Assembly: GCA_001929475.1 (NCBI GenBank)
Contig: LXFE01000935.1
Span: forward strand, 1-37,896
From: Neolecta irregularis DAH-3
Taxonomy: Eukaryota
Reading direction: 5' to 3'
Length of the DNA stretch: 37,896 nucleotides
Shown here: positions 36,060 to 37,896 of the stretch, in pieces
Layout: each line of letters starts with the position of its first letter
How positions within the stretch are numbered: the first letter of the stretch is position 1
Notes under the pieces: model-generated
Databases searched by the model: none
Seen by the model: the letters and a program-made list of their open reading frames with translations, nothing else
What the model was told of the DNA's origin: nothing
Program-made: the position numbers and the translations under genes

Positions 36060-37896
36060 ATGGTCCCACCCAGGCCGGAGAATGTAATAAAGGTAGGTCT
36101 ATTGCAGGTGGAGCTAATATGTAGCGCGCCGAAGGTTTATTTGATTCATGCTGTACTGATATTAGAATTGAGCGCGGTGGGTCAACAGGGCGCTGCTCTG
36201 GAAGCGCTACACTCTGCGCTGAAAAAGCCGCGAGGAGCAGCGTTATCAGTTGTTGAGCCTATCGCTTTACGATTTATTGAACTGTGTACTGATTTGCGCA
36301 AGGGCAAGGTTGCGAAAGAGGGGTTGTATGACTATCGCAAGGTAGCTCAAAACACGAATATCCAGTCTCTGGAGGCAAGATTGATTCTAGGCAAGCTAAT
36401 TTCAGCTTGTAGTCAAGACGTTTTTAGGCCAGGCGGAGAAGAAGGTGATGCAGGCTCAAGCCAAGGCGGACAAACTTTCTGTGGACAAGATTGAAGATTT
36501 AGAAGCGACGGAGACGCCGGAGAGCATCATGCTAAGTCTTGTATCGAACGAGCAGTCGAAAGACCGCACGGACCGGGAGCTGGTTACACCGTGGCTCAAG
36601 TTTCTGTGGGAGGCGTATCGCACGGTGCTGGAGACGCTCAAGAACAATTCACGGCTGGAGCAGATATACCAGGAGACGGCGCACCAGGCGTTCAACTTTT
36701 GCCTGCGGTATTCGCGCAAGGCCGAGTTTCGGCGCCTGTGCGATCTTTTGCGCAACCATCTTGGGAATGTGTCGAAATACACGGGCCAGGCGCACTCGAT
36801 CAATCTGAGCGATGCGGACACGCTGCAGCGGCACCTGGACACGCGCTTCACGCAGCTGAACGCAGCGGCGGATCTTGAGCTGTGGCAGGAAGCGTACCGG
36901 TCTGTGGAGGACGTGCACGCGCTGCTTACGATGTCGAAGCGGCCGCCCAAGCCGAGCATGATGGCGAACTACTACGAGAAGCTGGTGAGCATCTTTTTGG
37001 TGAGCGAGAACTACCTGTTCCATGCGGCGGCGTGGAGCCGGTACCTCAGCCTGATGCGAAACAAGATCAGCGAGCAGCACGAGTTCCAAAAGATGGCGTC
37101 TGTGGTGCTGCTGTCTGCGCTGGCGATCCCGGCAGCGAGCACGGCGCGGAGCAGGGGGCTTGCGGCCGAGAACGACGACGCCAAGCACAAGAGCAACCGG
37201 CTGTCGGTGCTGCTGGCGATGGGCAAGACGCCGGTGCGGGCGGGGCTGCTGCAGGACGCGCTGAGCAAGGGGCTGCTGAAGGCGGCGAGTGCGGAGCTGC
37301 AGCAGCTGTATGCCCTGGTCGAGACCGAGTTCCACCCGCTGAGCATCTGCGCGAAAGCGGCGCCGCTGGTGGAGAAGCTTGCGCTGGACGCGGATCTGCA
37401 GCCGTACATCCGGCCGCTGCACCAGGTGATCCTCACGCGGCTGCTGCAGCAGCTCGCGCAGGTGTACGCCAACGTGCAGCTGGGCTATGTTGCGCAGCTG
37501 GCGGCGCCGTTTGGCCTGACGGGGATGCAGATTGAGCAGTTTATGATGGCGGCGTGCAAGAAGGGCGAGCTGGCGGTGCGCATCGACCACGCGCGGGGGG
37601 CTGTCGAGTTTGGGGTTGATGTCTATGGGGGGCGAGCGGGGAGCCGGATATCGCGGGCGGGCAAAGCGCTCCGAGTGTTTGTGGAGTCTCTCCCGCGCTC
37701 GCACCCGCCGCCCGACCTCGAACACGACCACTCCCTCGACCACTCCCTCGAACACTCCCTCGAACACTCCCTCGAACACTCGCTCTCCCTCGAACACGAA
37801 CAAGCACTCGCGCGCAAAGAAACAATCCGCCGCCGCCGCGAGGCCGTCGAGAGCCTGCGCAGCCGCGAGGAGCGCGATCTCGCGCAGAAGCGGCTG
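36060..37896 (+). CDS. TIF32: Translation initiation factor eIF3 subunit a, 3'-partial (introns 36093-36124, 36135-36165, 36375-36405)
   Basis: RPENVIKRAEEL; DLEATETPESIML; DRTDRELVTPWLKFLWEAYRTVL; PCI domain (ETEFHPLSIC; LLQQLAQVY). The frame stays open to the window end, so it is absent from the ORF track. Confidence 0.97.
37717..37800 (+). repeat. Coding 12-bp minisatellite (CTCGAACACTCC) encoding LEHS repeats in eIF3a
   Basis: In-frame translation DLEHDHSLDHSLEHSLEHSLEHSLSLEHE. Confidence 0.9.

Noticed and set aside
36649-37803. 384-aa antisense ORF and other ORFs overlapping eIF3a
   Set aside because: Shadow ORFs expected from the very GC-rich codon usage of eIF3a; no recognisable motifs.

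Overview
Eukaryotic (fungal, ascomycete-like) genomic DNA. It is very gene-dense, with about 18 protein-coding genes separated by short spacers: a partial TMEM135-like gene, SEC31, ARMH3/C10orf76-like, a small secreted protein, ISA1, a hypothetical protein, UTP5, MRPL24 (bL28m), RGP1, GPI8, a WDR62/MAPKBP1-like WD40 protein, a coiled-coil protein, RFC1, acyl-CoA dehydrogenase, MGE1, MSF1, MRPL16 and the 5' part of eIF3a. Manual splicing gives about 75 introns, all 31-48 nt, with degenerate splice signals. The best reading needs three GC-AG introns, one GT-TG intron (SEC31), and either a GA-AG intron or an in-frame UAG (RFC1). Gene content and compactness suggest an early-diverging ascomycete (Taphrinomycotina, e.g. 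Neolecta-like); this is inference only. The most striking non-genic signal is that tandem repeats derive from the last exons of the head-to-head pair MSF1 and MRPL16. The MSF1-derived ~120-bp unit also forms the array at 1-550, 33 kb away and next to an N gap. Two GC-rich islands show a G-rich to C-rich skew flip, one of them inside the eIF3a ORF. I saw no tRNA, rRNA, CRISPR array or intact transposon. Gene names come from recalled family motifs, not database searches.
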